DNA of 64,000 nt from Candidatus Kaiserbacteria bacterium (GTDB taxonomy: Bacteria; Patescibacteriota; Minisyncoccia; Phycocordibacterales; Phycocordibacteraceae). The notes below the pieces were generated by a model. It saw nothing but the letters and a program-made list of their open reading frames with translations, was not told the DNA's origin and searched no databases. Position 1 is the first letter of the stretch. Each line of letters begins with the position of its first letter. A program made the translations under genes and the position numbers. The stretch lies in NCBI GenBank assembly GCA_016182485.1, contig JACPGH010000003.1, positions 70,331-134,330 on the forward strand. Direction: 5' to 3'. Shown here piece by piece: positions 18,809-28,500 of the stretch.

Positions 18809-19225
18809 TCAGATCTTGTGCGGGCCGCCGAACGGCTGCGGCTGGTAATGCATCCCGAGCAACGGCAGAAGCACTTGCCGCCACTGGTCGATCGTGCCGT
18901 TCACGCCGTTGATCTCGAGCTTGTCCGTCGGCCGTCCGGTCGGGTCCGCGTCGGGTCGGATCTCGAGCTTCGCGATGCAGCAGCCGCATCTGATGGTGAT
19001 GCGCGGCGCGACGATACGACGCTGGCCTGTACGACGCGCCTTACGCCGCGTTACGCGCAACGCGGGTGCGTCGCTCAGGTGGTGGTCTTGGATCTTCTCG
19101 ACCCGCGGCTGCTTCTGACGCGCGGCCTTCTCATTGATCTCGTGTGCCCACTCAGACGCCCGGCGCACGATCTCTTCTCGAGACGGCTCCGGCAGCGGTC
19201 CCATTACAAACGGGTTGCAGGGCAT
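18809..19225 (-). CDS. Hypothetical protein (CGCC motif)
   Basis: ORF followed by the hairpin at 18772-18794; contains ITIRCGCC and LEINGV. Confidence 0.5.
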   Translation of the reverse strand: MPCNPFVMGPLPEPSREEIVRRASEWAHEINEKAARQKQPRVEKIQDHHLSDAPALRVTRRKARRTGQRRIVAPRITIRCGCCIAKLEIRPDADPTGRPTDKLEINGVNGTIDQWRQVLLPLLGMHYQPQPFGGPHKI

Positions 19226-19334
19226 ATTGTGGCCTTTTTTCAACTTGAAACCTCCTTTCAGGATGACTTCTGGCCGCAACATACTACAGTATGTGGCTGG
19301 CGGCAACGTCCTGACAGCTTGCTATACTTTACCT

Positions 19335-20402
19335 ATGCAGAGCGAACGGCTCCGGCCCTACTTCTTTCTCTCCCTACTTATCGGAGCGATTGCCTTGACC
19401 GCTCTCATATTCAGGCCGTTTCTCGAGCCTTTAGCGCTCGCGGCGGTTTTTGCCGTCGTTTTGCGGGAGCCCTGCAAAAGAATTTCCAAGCTGCTCGGCG
19501 ATTGGCCGAGCGTTGCCGCGCTCATTACGGTAGTAGCGAGCGTCCTCGTCATCCTTCTGCCGCTCGCGCTCATCGGCGCGCTCGTTGCCAACGAGGCGCG
19601 CGATCTGTTCGTCTCGCTTGAGTCGCAGAGCGGGAGAAACGCCATCGCCGAGTTCTTTCTCCGGCTGAATGCGACTTATGGCGATCTCGTGCCAGGATTC
19701 GAGGACTTCTCTCGCACTGTGTCCGCGAATATCGATACGTACGCGAGAACGGCGCTCGAGTGGCTCGTGGAGCATGCGGGAGCGATATTCTCGGGAATTT
19801 CCGGATTCCTCCTTTCGCTCTTTATCTTCTTTATCGCGCTGTACTATCTTCTTAGAGACGGAACGCGGGTGCGCGAAGCTCTCGTCAAACTTTCGCCGCT
19901 CACGGACAGCGAGGACGAAGCGATCCTCGAGCATCTCTCTCGCGCGGTCAATTCGGTCGTCAAAGGCAGTTTGATGATAGCGCTTATTCAGGGCGCGCTC
20001 GCCGGGGTCGGTTTCGCTCTTTTCGGCGTGCCGCACGCCGCGCTTTGGGGGACAGTGACGGCGGTCGCCGCGCTTGTTCCCGGCATAGGGACCGCTCTCG
20101 TCTTCTTGCCCGCCGTCGCCTTCCTTTTCATTACCGGTTCGACCATTCCTGCGGTCGGACTGCTTGTCTGGGGGACGTTCGCAGTCGGACTTATTGATAA
20201 CCTGCTCGGCCCGAGGCTCATCGGGCGAGGGATGCGGCTGCACCCGCTCCTCATCCTGCTCGCGGTCCTGGGCGGCATACTTTTCTTCGGCCCGGTCGGC
20301 GTCTTGCTCGGCCCTCTGTCGCTCAGCCTTCTTTTCGCTCTTCTCACTATCTATGCCGGCGATTCGAAGGAGGATTCCGGATCCGTTTCGAATAGCGGTT
20401 GA
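19335..20402 (+). CDS. AI-2E family transporter
   Basis: YYLLRDG, ALIQG, IDNLLGPRL, HPLLILLAVLGG and GVLLGP; TATACT just upstream of the ATG. Confidence 0.9.
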   Translation: MQSERLRPYFFLSLLIGAIALTALIFRPFLEPLALAAVFAVVLREPCKRISKLLGDWPSVAALITVVASVLVILLPLALIGALVANEARDLFVSLESQSGRNAIAEFFLRLNATYGDLVPGFEDFSRTVSANIDTYARTALEWLVEHAGAIFSGISGFLLSLFIFFIALYYLLRDGTRVREALVKLSPLTDSEDEAILEHLSRAVNSVVKGSLMIALIQGALAGVGFALFGVPHAALWGTVTAVAALVPGIGTALVFLPAVAFLFITGSTIPAVGLLVWGTFAVGLIDNLLGPRLIGRGMRLHPLLILLAVLGGILFFGPVGVLLGPLSLSLLFALLTIYAGDSKEDSGSVSNSG

Positions 20403-20461
20403 TTGCGCGCTTGTCGGCTGTTTCAAGCGATATACTGAAGTAATAACAGCGCTATTATTAT

Positions 20462-20683
20462 ATGGACAAAAAATCACTGCTCATCCTAGCCGCCGCGCTC
20501 GTGCTAGTGCTGGTCGTCGCGGGCGCCTGGTATTTCTTCAGAACGCCGGAGACGCCGCCAGAGACGGCGGCGACACCGCCAGTTCAGTATGGAACGGAAA
20601 ACCCGCTTGAGAAGGCGCCGGACGTGAGCCCGACCGCCAAGACGAATCCTTTTACCAAAGTGAAGACTAATCCGTTCGAATAA
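20462..20683 (+). CDS. Small membrane-anchored protein
   Basis: N-terminal TM helix, Pro-rich linker and NPL/NPF/NPF repeats. Confidence 0.7.
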   Translation: MDKKSLLILAAALVLVLVVAGAWYFFRTPETPPETAATPPVQYGTENPLEKAPDVSPTAKTNPFTKVKTNPFE

Positions 20684-20692
20684 TCCTCCGCC

Positions 20693-22342
20693 ATGACTAC
20701 CAAATATCTGAATACCGCGCTGGTTCTCGGCGCTTTCGTGTTCGCGCTTTCCGGGCTTGCCGCAAGAGCGCAGGTCAACGAAGCTGCCATTCAGTTTCCC
20801 GTCGCGGAGCTCGGCGGTTGCGGCAGCAAGGAGGAATGCAAGACCTATTGCGACGAGCCGGCGAACATGGAAGCCTGCATCGCGTTCGCCGAGAAGAATA
20901 ATCTGATGCCGCAAGAGGAGGTCCAGATGGCCAAAAAATTCATCGCCGCGGGCGCGAAGGGGCCGGGCGGCTGTACGGGCAAGGATTCCTGCGAATCGTA
21001 TTGCAACGATACGAGCCACATCGACGCCTGCATCTCTTTTGCAGAAGAAGCGGGCATGATGGCTCCGGACGAGCTCGCCGAGGCGAAGAAGGTGCAGGCC
21101 GCGATCAGGAACGGAGTCACGCCGCCGCCCTGCGGCGGGAAGAAAGCCTGCGATTCGTACTGCAGGGAGCCTCAGAACATGCCGGTGTGCATCACATTCG
21201 CCAAACAGGCGGGGCTCATGAGCGAGGAAGAGGCCGCGAACGCGGATAAAATGCTTGTGGCGATAAAGAACGGGGCGAAGCCGCCCGCCTGCGGCGGCAA
21301 AGAAGAGTGCGACGCGTACTGCTCTCAAGAAGAAAACTTCAATGAGTGCGTGGAGTTCGGCAGAGCGGCGGGCTTCATGTCTGAAAAAGATTACGAGATG
21401 GCCAAGAAAACGGGCGGGAAGGGACCGGGCGGCTGTCGCAGAGAAGAATGCGAGACTTTTTGTGAGAATCCGGAAAATCAAGAAATCTGCTTCAGCTTCG
21501 CCAAAGAGCACGGGCTCATATCAGAGGAAGATATGAAGAGAATGGAAGAGGGAGACAAAGGATTTCGCGAGAGCATTTCTAACGCGCCGCCCGAGGTAGC
21601 CGCGTGTCTTAAAGAAAAGCTCGGAGAAGAAAAGGCATCGCAGATCATGAGCGGCTCGGTGCGGCCGTCGCAGGAGATCGGCGAAACGATGAAAGCCTGC
21701 TTCGAACAAGTCATGAGCCAGCGACCGCAAGGCGAGCAGGGGATGCAAAGAGGCCCCGAGGGGCAGATGCCGCCGCAAGGATCCGGCGAAGACAGACCAA
21801 TGCCGCCCGAAGGTTATCAGGGACAAATGCCTCCGGAGGGATACCGAGGCCAAATGCCGCCCGAGGGGTATCAGAGACCTCCGGAAGGCACAATGCCCCC
21901 CGAAGGGTATCGGCCGCCGGAAGGAATGACTGGGCCGATGCCGTACGATGGCCAGCGTCCGCCGGAAGGCTATCAAGGCCAAATGCCGCCAGAGGGATAC
22001 CAAGGTCAAATGCCGCCAGAGGGCTACCAGATGCCTCCGCAAGAGGGTACGATGCCTCCGCCGACAACTGAATCCAGCTCGTCTGGCGGCGGCGAATCAA
22101 GTGGCGCGACAGCTCCCGCGCTTCCGGCCTCCGAGGCCGGAACCCCGACCGATAGCGGAGGGGCCGCACCTGCGCCGGCACTTCCGGCCTCCGAGGCCGG
22201 AACCCCGACCGATAGCGGAGGGGCTGCTCCGGCCCCCGCCCCGACCGATAGCGGAGGGGCCGCCCCAGAAACAAGCCTCCTCTCGCCGAGCTCTCTCATG
22301 GCCGCGGCCATCAACTTCTTCCGCCCCCTTTTCGTGAGATAA
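20693..22342 (+). CDS. Secreted Cys-rich repeat protein with Pro/Gly/Gln-rich tail
   Basis: Signal peptide; five C..(4-5)..C..YC..N...C..FA repeats; many PPEGY repeats. Confidence 0.8.
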   Translation: MTTKYLNTALVLGAFVFALSGLAARAQVNEAAIQFPVAELGGCGSKEECKTYCDEPANMEACIAFAEKNNLMPQEEVQMAKKFIAAGAKGPGGCTGKDSCESYCNDTSHIDACISFAEEAGMMAPDELAEAKKVQAAIRNGVTPPPCGGKKACDSYCREPQNMPVCITFAKQAGLMSEEEAANADKMLVAIKNGAKPPACGGKEECDAYCSQEENFNECVEFGRAAGFMSEKDYEMAKKTGGKGPGGCRREECETFCENPENQEICFSFAKEHGLISEEDMKRMEEGDKGFRESISNAPPEVAACLKEKLGEEKASQIMSGSVRPSQEIGETMKACFEQVMSQRPQGEQGMQRGPEGQMPPQGSGEDRPMPPEGYQGQMPPEGYRGQMPPEGYQRPPEGTMPPEGYRPPEGMTGPMPYDGQRPPEGYQGQMPPEGYQGQMPPEGYQMPPQEGTMPPPTTESSSSGGGESSGATAPALPASEAGTPTDSGGAAPAPALPASEAGTPTDSGGAAPAPAPTDSGGAAPETSLLSPSSLMAAAINFFRPLFVR

Positions 22343-22395
22343 ATCGAGCGCTCCGGCATTGAATTAACGCGCCCGATGGCGTATTCTCTGCCTAT

Positions 22396-22466
22396 TGCCG
22401 GCTCGTCTAAAGGTAGGACACATTCCTCTGGAGAATGTTATTGGGGTTCGAATCCCTGGCCGGCAG
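22396..22466 (+). tRNA. tRNA-Gln(CTG)
   Basis: TGCCGGC/GCCGGCA acceptor, anticodon arm CATTC-CTCTGGA-GAATG, T-loop TTCGAAT. Confidence 0.9.
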
Positions 22467-22470
22467 CAAG

Positions 22471-22678
22471 GAGCGAAGCGACGCAGTCCTGAGGAGTCTT
22501 CGACGAAGGGCATAGTGAGCGAAGCGACGCAGTCCTGAGGAGTCTTCGACGAAGGGCATAGTGAGCGAAGCGGACGAAGGGCATAGTGAGCGAAGCGACG
22601 CAGTCCTGAGGAGTCTTCGACGAAGGGCATAGTGAGCGAAGCGACGCAGTCCTGAGGAGTCTTCGACGAAGGGCGAGT
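22471..22678. repeat. Tandem array of a 46-bp unit (4 full copies and 1 internally deleted 25-bp copy)
   Basis: GAGCGAAGCGACGCAGTCCTGAGGAGTCTTCGACGAAGGGCATAGT at 22471, 22517, 22588 and 22634; short copy at 22563. Confidence 0.92.
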
Positions 22679-22715
22679 CTGAGCGTAGGTTAGAATAACC
22701 GAAGCCAAAGGGCGT

Positions 22716-22958
22716 ATGTATTTTGTCTATATCCTTGAATGCAAGAATGGTTCGTTGTACACGGGAATAACTACCGATGTCGCGAGGCGTTTTAAAGAGC
22801 ATTCCTCGGGCAGCGGCGGGCACTACACTAAATCACAGGAAGTCTCGCAGATAATCTACACCGAACAGCATCCGGATCGATCTTCAGCTTTAAAACGCGA
22901 AGCACAAATCAAGGGCTGGCGCCGCGAAAAGAAGCTGGCTCTGATAAAATCTAGCTAA
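22716..22958 (+). CDS. Small GIY-YIG nuclease (YhbQ/UPF0213-like)
   Basis: YFVYIL...LYTGIT..RR..EH and ALKREAQIKGW. Confidence 0.9.
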   Translation: MYFVYILECKNGSLYTGITTDVARRFKEHSSGSGGHYTKSQEVSQIIYTEQHPDRSSALKREAQIKGWRREKKLALIKSS

Positions 22959-22964
22959 AAAGCC

Positions 22965-23282
22965 ATGAACGATATACAGGAATTGACGAAGAAATGCAGG
23001 CAGGTAATGGACAAATATCAGATAGATTTTCCCGATGTAAAAATTGATCGAGATTACTTGCCATTCAAAATAGCAGAGGAGTTTGGAGAGCTGACGCAAA
23101 CGTATCTAATGCTCACCGATCGCGGACGGCAGAAGGGCAAGTCCAAAGAACAAATACAAGAAATGATGCGGGATGAATTCGCGGACATGTTCGCATATCT
23201 TCTGCTTTTTGCGGAGGATGAAGGAATCGATCCGGCAGAAGCGCTGGAAAAGAAGTGGTTTAAATATATCGAGAAAGCGTGA
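22965..23282 (+). CDS. MazG-like NTP pyrophosphohydrolase
   Basis: KIAEEFGEL ... DEFADMFAYL ... KW. Confidence 0.8.
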   Translation: MNDIQELTKKCRQVMDKYQIDFPDVKIDRDYLPFKIAEEFGELTQTYLMLTDRGRQKGKSKEQIQEMMRDEFADMFAYLLLFAEDEGIDPAEALEKKWFKYIEKA

Positions 23283-23336
23283 TTCATATGAATGAAGTTA
23301 TCGTAGTGAACGAAAAAGACGAGGTCACAATAAACT

Positions 23337-23951
23337 ATGGAAAATATACTAATTAGGACAGAAACCCCACGAGAATACCGGGAAACGGAAAACGTGGTGC
23401 GGGAGGCCTTCTGGGATGTATACAAGCCCGGCTGTGATGAGCATTTGATCATTCATAAGCTCAGGCAATCTCCCGATTTTATTGCGGAGCTGGACTTTGT
23501 CGCTTGCGACGGAGACGACATTGTAGGAGTGGCGATCTGTCCGAAGGCGAAGATAATAAGCGACCAGGGTCAGGAATTCACTGTCTTGTCCATGCTCGTC
23601 GGCGTACTGCCATCCCATCAGAAGAAGGGAATCGGCTCAATGCTTATTAACCGGGTCATAGAAGCGGCGCGGTCTCTGGGACACAAGGGAATCGTCATAT
23701 TCGGCGACCCGAAGTACTATCCGCGGTTCGGATTCAGGAACGCGATGGACTACGGCATACAGACCTCCGACGGGCAAAACCTCGATCCGTTCATGGCTTT
23801 GGAGCTTGGAGAAAACAGTTTGGACGGCATCCGGGGCAGATTCCACGAGGCTCCAGCCTTCCAGCCGATACGCGATAGCGCCGAGCTCGCGGCGTTCGAC
23901 ATGCAGTTTCCGCCTAAAGAAAAGCACGTTACCGATACGCAATTGAAATAG
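23337..23951 (+). CDS. GNAT N-acetyltransferase (YhbS-like)
   Basis: VLPSHQKKGIGSML and FGDPKYYPRFGF. Confidence 0.88.
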   Translation: MENILIRTETPREYRETENVVREAFWDVYKPGCDEHLIIHKLRQSPDFIAELDFVACDGDDIVGVAICPKAKIISDQGQEFTVLSMLVGVLPSHQKKGIGSMLINRVIEAARSLGHKGIVIFGDPKYYPRFGFRNAMDYGIQTSDGQNLDPFMALELGENSLDGIRGRFHEAPAFQPIRDSAELAAFDMQFPPKEKHVTDTQLK

Positions 23952-23960
23952 TCAACTAGG

Positions 23961-24359
23961 TCAACAATACAGCGAATAATCCGGGTAGTTATCCCGGACT
24001 TCGCCTTTCCACCAATCGGTCTCCCGTGAACCGCTCACATCTCCTTTGCCGTAGACGAGCAGGACACGCACGAGTTTCTTGTCCTTATGGACCGCGATGA
24101 TGCACCGATTGCCGGAGCCGTGCCGGGATTCTTTCGTGCCGGCGACGCGGAACTCGGTCTTGCAAATCAAAATATTTTTTCTGTCCACGATCGTCTCGAC
24201 GTAGTTATTGATGCCGATAAGCGTTTCGATGCGTTTCAGCTCCTCCTCTACAGCGCGCCAGGTAATGTCCCACGCTCCTTTATATTTCTTACGGAAAGAG
24301 GAGATGAAATGGCGCTCGGCATATTTGGACACCTCGACGCCATAAGGGTCAGTAGACAT
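23961..24359 (-). CDS. Putative RelE/HigB-like toxin
   Basis: SRHGSGNRCIIAV...VLLVYGKG resembles the RelE/HigB GKSGGxRVIY..LLxxYxK pattern; overlaps the antitoxin stop. Confidence 0.55.
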   Translation of the reverse strand: MSTDPYGVEVSKYAERHFISSFRKKYKGAWDITWRAVEEELKRIETLIGINNYVETIVDRKNILICKTEFRVAGTKESRHGSGNRCIIAVHKDKKLVRVLLVYGKGDVSGSRETDWWKGEVRDNYPDYSLYC

Positions 24360-25038
24360 ACTCCGGATCTTGCTGGGTGATGAGCTCGTAGGGAATCACC
24401 TCGTCCGGAGCGCACAGTTTGTAAGGCAGCTGCTCGTGCGTGAAGTTCACGATTTCCTGCGTTCTCTTGCGCTTCCACTTCGTGCCGATTTTTTGGATAA
24501 GCTCCTTTTCGCCAGGTTCAAGCAGGCCCAATTTTTCTTGCTCTGCGCCTTCGCTTATCTGCACGAGAATCGCATCGCCTTTGTGATCGAGCGTTATTTT
24601 GCCGTCTTCTTCCAGTTCAGCAACGGCGCGAAAGTACGGATCGGGTACCGGCCCGTATGCGCGGCGAAGATACTGCATGCCGCTCATACTTTCCAAATTT
24701 TCGTAATACCACGCGAAGTCAGCGAGGTAGAGCAGTTTCGCGAGCTTCGTTTTCGGAATTTTCCCGTCGTCCGCCGAAGATTTCGCGGTACGCAGGAATG
24801 CAAGCACCATCTGCTTATACTTTTCGTAATTCGGAATAATCGCATTCGAAAACTCCTCAATTGAAATGCCAAGCAAAGAGCAGAGTCTTTTCGCTTCCGG
24901 CAGGGTCATGTCACGGGCGCCTCTCTCCACCGCCATATACGACTGGCGGGAAAGTCCGATTTTTTCGGCCGCTTCCGACTGCGACAGGCCGCGCTCAAGG
25001 CGCAGCGCCTTGATTAACGACCCGTATTTGGTGCTCAT
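24349..25038 (-). CDS. XRE-HTH plus Panacea (DUF4065/SocA) antitoxin
   Basis: N-terminal HTH (LSQSEAAEKIGLSRQSY); KTKLAKLLYLADF and YGPVP Panacea motifs. Confidence 0.8.
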   Translation of the reverse strand: MSTKYGSLIKALRLERGLSQSEAAEKIGLSRQSYMAVERGARDMTLPEAKRLCSLLGISIEEFSNAIIPNYEKYKQMVLAFLRTAKSSADDGKIPKTKLAKLLYLADFAWYYENLESMSGMQYLRRAYGPVPDPYFRAVAELEEDGKITLDHKGDAILVQISEGAEQEKLGLLEPGEKELIQKIGTKWKRKRTQEIVNFTHEQLPYKLCAPDEVIPYELITQQDPEYVY

Positions 25039-25327
25039 ATCTCTATTGTGCATAAACTGTGTATAAAATGCAAACAGGATATGTTGATAATATAGACATA
25101 CGCATGATATAATCATGAAACAGATTTAAGAAATAGGTAATAGCACGAGGCCGTAGGGCCGTTCAATAAATGTGAAGAAAGTGTTAAAGTGATGCTTTTC
25201 TCCACCCTTATTTTTCGCGGGGGATTCTTTTTGAAATGGAATGGGCGGAAAACGGGGCTCGGTCGGGCTATGTGCATTATATTACACGATTGTAATATGT
25301 TGCAAGTTGCAATATACTGCATAGCAT

Positions 25328-25531
25328 ATGGCGTCAGGAAAAAAATTAGGAGAAAATCTAAGAAAGCTCCGGCTGCGAAGGAAAATGTCGCAAGGAGACC
25401 TTGCGGCCGCCTTGAATGTGGATAGAGCATATATAAGCAATATTGAAAACGGTCGAATGAACCCCACGCTTTCAACCTTGGAAAAAATAGCTGGGGCCTT
25501 AGGAATTTCTAGTAGTGAATTGCTAAAATGA
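25328..25531 (+). CDS. XRE-family regulator resembling R-M controller (C) proteins
   Basis: LGENLRKLR..MSQGDLA..VDRAYISNIENGRMNPTL; TATACT shortly before the ATG; TTGCAAGTTGCAA palindrome in the promoter. Confidence 0.8.
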   Translation: MASGKKLGENLRKLRLRRKMSQGDLAAALNVDRAYISNIENGRMNPTLSTLEKIAGALGISSSELLK

Positions 25532-25532
25532 C

Positions 25533-28500
25533 ATGGCAAGATATCGCACACGATTTGACGCAAAAGCGTATTGGGCAACCAAACCTTGGTGCACAGTCTG
25601 CAAGAAGCACAAAGTTAAAGATGGTGCGGTGTGCTCTGAGTGTAAAAAAGAAGCTATGAAGCAACAACGCGAAATTAATAGAAATAAAGAATCAATCGCG
25701 GACATTCCAGCTGCAGTGGAAGTTCAGGTTTCAGAACCACGAAAAAAGCGCATTTCTAATCTTTCTGCTGAGGCGCAGAATAAAGTCATTCGACTCTTTA
25801 CATACTTGGAAAAAGCTCTCGCCATCGATGATTCCATCGTTCGAGATTTTCGTACTACTTCAGCAGCACCCTCACCATGGTGGCTCGCTGATTATCCAAC
25901 GGATCTTGAGAACCTGACCATCCGGCCTTTTGATACTGAAAAAACTCCTGAAGGAGTACAAGCAACTTCGTGGCTCAAGGTAGAAAAGAAAAACATCAAA
26001 GCTGCACCTGAATTGCCGGACCAACTTAAAGAATGGATTGATGACGTAAATCCACTGCAGGAACCGACTGTTAAAGAAAAGATTGATCGCAAAGTCCTAT
26101 TTACAGATTACAAGGATCGGGAGAAAGAATTCAGAAATTTCCGAAAAGATTATAGGCAAGGAGATGGTGTGCCTGAGAGCTTGAAAGATTGGGTGACGAT
26201 TTTGCCAAATAAGTTACCCGAAATTATCAGTGTGAGATATGAGCCCGATTATTGGGTAGGCCACACAGAACTTACAGAGTTACTTGATGGATACACCAAA
26301 AACGATTGGAAGCCATGGGCAGAGCAGGTGAAGAAAGTTTATAAAGCAAATCTTCTCTACGATCAGCTATACGCCCTCCGTCTTCTTTTGAAAAACGAGG
26401 GAGATAACTATGAATTACTCTTAGGCCAAGGCATCTTGACTTGGCAGCATCAGGGAGTGGGTACAATCTACACCCCAATTTTTCTTAGTCCTCTTACACT
26501 CGATTTTGACGCTTCAAAAAGAACGATTAAGATCAACCCCGACCCCATGTTCAGGAATTTCGTAGAGACATCAGCACTTTACGAGACAGACAATCCAGCT
26601 GAAATGGATCTCGTCACATGGGGAGACACAATCAACGCCAACCCTTTTGATTTTTGGCATCTTGAGACACTCAAAGGTCAGGCACGAACACTCATTAACT
26701 ATGTCTCTCCGTATGGCGAAGATAAGTTCACCGATCAAATTATCTCAGCTCCTACCGCGTCACAGAATCCGAGTATCTGGAATGCACCAGTGATATTTGC
26801 TCGAAAGCGAACAAACGATATGTGGTCAAAGTATGCGGCCACTATTCGCAAAGACATCGAACAGTACGGGATTGAAGCGACTGAGTTCATCACTGATCTT
26901 GTCGGCGAATATGACGAGGTTTCCGTTAAGCTTAACGGCGGATCTGGAGAGAAAATGGAAAGTGACAGCATATCTATCCCAGAATCAGAGCTCCATTTTC
27001 CATTGCCTTGGAATGATGAGCAGAAAAGGATCGCAGAAAGGCTAGATGCAAACTATGGTGTCGTAGTAAAGGGGCCGCCGGGAACTGGAAAAAGTCATAC
27101 CATCGCAAACTTAATTGCCCGCTTCTTAGCAGAAGGCAAGAGCGTTTTAGTCACATCTCAAACAAGTAAGGCTTTGGAGGTATTGCGTGACAAGCTACCC
27201 GAAAACATCAGAAGTCTTGCCGTATCTCAGTTACAACAATCTGCGAAGCGAGACGACATACTCCAACAGTCAATTGGTGAAATTAGTTCTAATCTTGGCG
27301 AACGTGACACTAAATTTAGTGAAGCTCGAGCGGAAAATATTCGTAGAGAACTAAAGAGAGTAAGAGAAGAAAAAGCTGCTCTCGCGGCAAAGATACGACA
27401 GTACATCCTAACCGATTCATCGGAAAAGTTGATTATTGAGGGAGAAGAGATTAAACCTATCGATGCTGCAAAGTTTGTCGATAAGAACAAAAACCATAAG
27501 GCAATCGCCTGGTTTACTGATAAGGTCCCATTCGACGCCGATCCTAAATTTACTGAGGAAGATTTGCAGGAGCTATATGATATCGCTCGAGCTGTAGAGG
27601 CCGTAGATCGTACTCTCTATAAGGAAGACTTACCTGATCCATCGATCCTTCCAAATGAGGACGTGGTACTTAGCGCCTTTGCCTCGTATCGCGATTTCAG
27701 CGCGAAATCAAAATATTCAACAAATGGAGCGTTCAGCGAAGCGAAGATTGATCAAGAAAAACTTGGTCAACTGTGGGAACTTCTACATAAAGCCAAAAAG
27801 GTGTTGATGTCGATCAATAAAAATTACGAACAGGAAATATTTAACGCGTGTGCAATTAGTCAGAATGAGCGTGAGAAGTGGTCGTCTATCCTCTCAAAAA
27901 TCTCAGAGAAAATTCGGATCACTGCTAAAGGAAAAAACAGCACGATTGGTCACGTCATCTCTGGTCAGTCAAACCTTTCCATACATGATCTGCGGGAGGC
28001 GGCAGAAGCTTTGTATGCAAAAACATCAAAGGGCCAGCTGGGAACGTTCAGTAGAATGCTCCTATCTGGAAACGCAAAACGAATCCTTGAGACCTATAAA
28101 GTTGATGGGGTTGAACCTGATAACCCAGAGAGGGCAGAAATTCTGCGAAATTCTATACTTGTTGAAGAAGCAGAACGTGATATTAAGATTCTTCTCGAAC
28201 AGGGCCTTTCAACTATCAAGAACCAGCCTGAAATCGATGTCGATCATCTCGATATGATTCAGCTCGAAGTATTTGTTTCAGGTCTTCAGAGATTGGTAAA
28301 TTACCACGCCGACTTTTCAGCTATTGATTCTTGCTTTAATGAAGTGAAGGAACTTTCCGACTTCTCATTCACGAAGAAAGAAGAGATTGAAACTGCTATT
28401 GAACTAACTGCATCACATGCGGCTTCTTTCGAGCTCAAGAACCTAGAGAAGTCATTCACTGAATGGGAAGACTCAATCCGATCATCTGTGAATTTCCGTA

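Noticed and set aside
22471-22678. CRISPR array
   Set aside because: The units are contiguous with no unique spacers, and there are no cas genes. The Cas4-like domain at 30349 belongs to a DUF2779-type protein.
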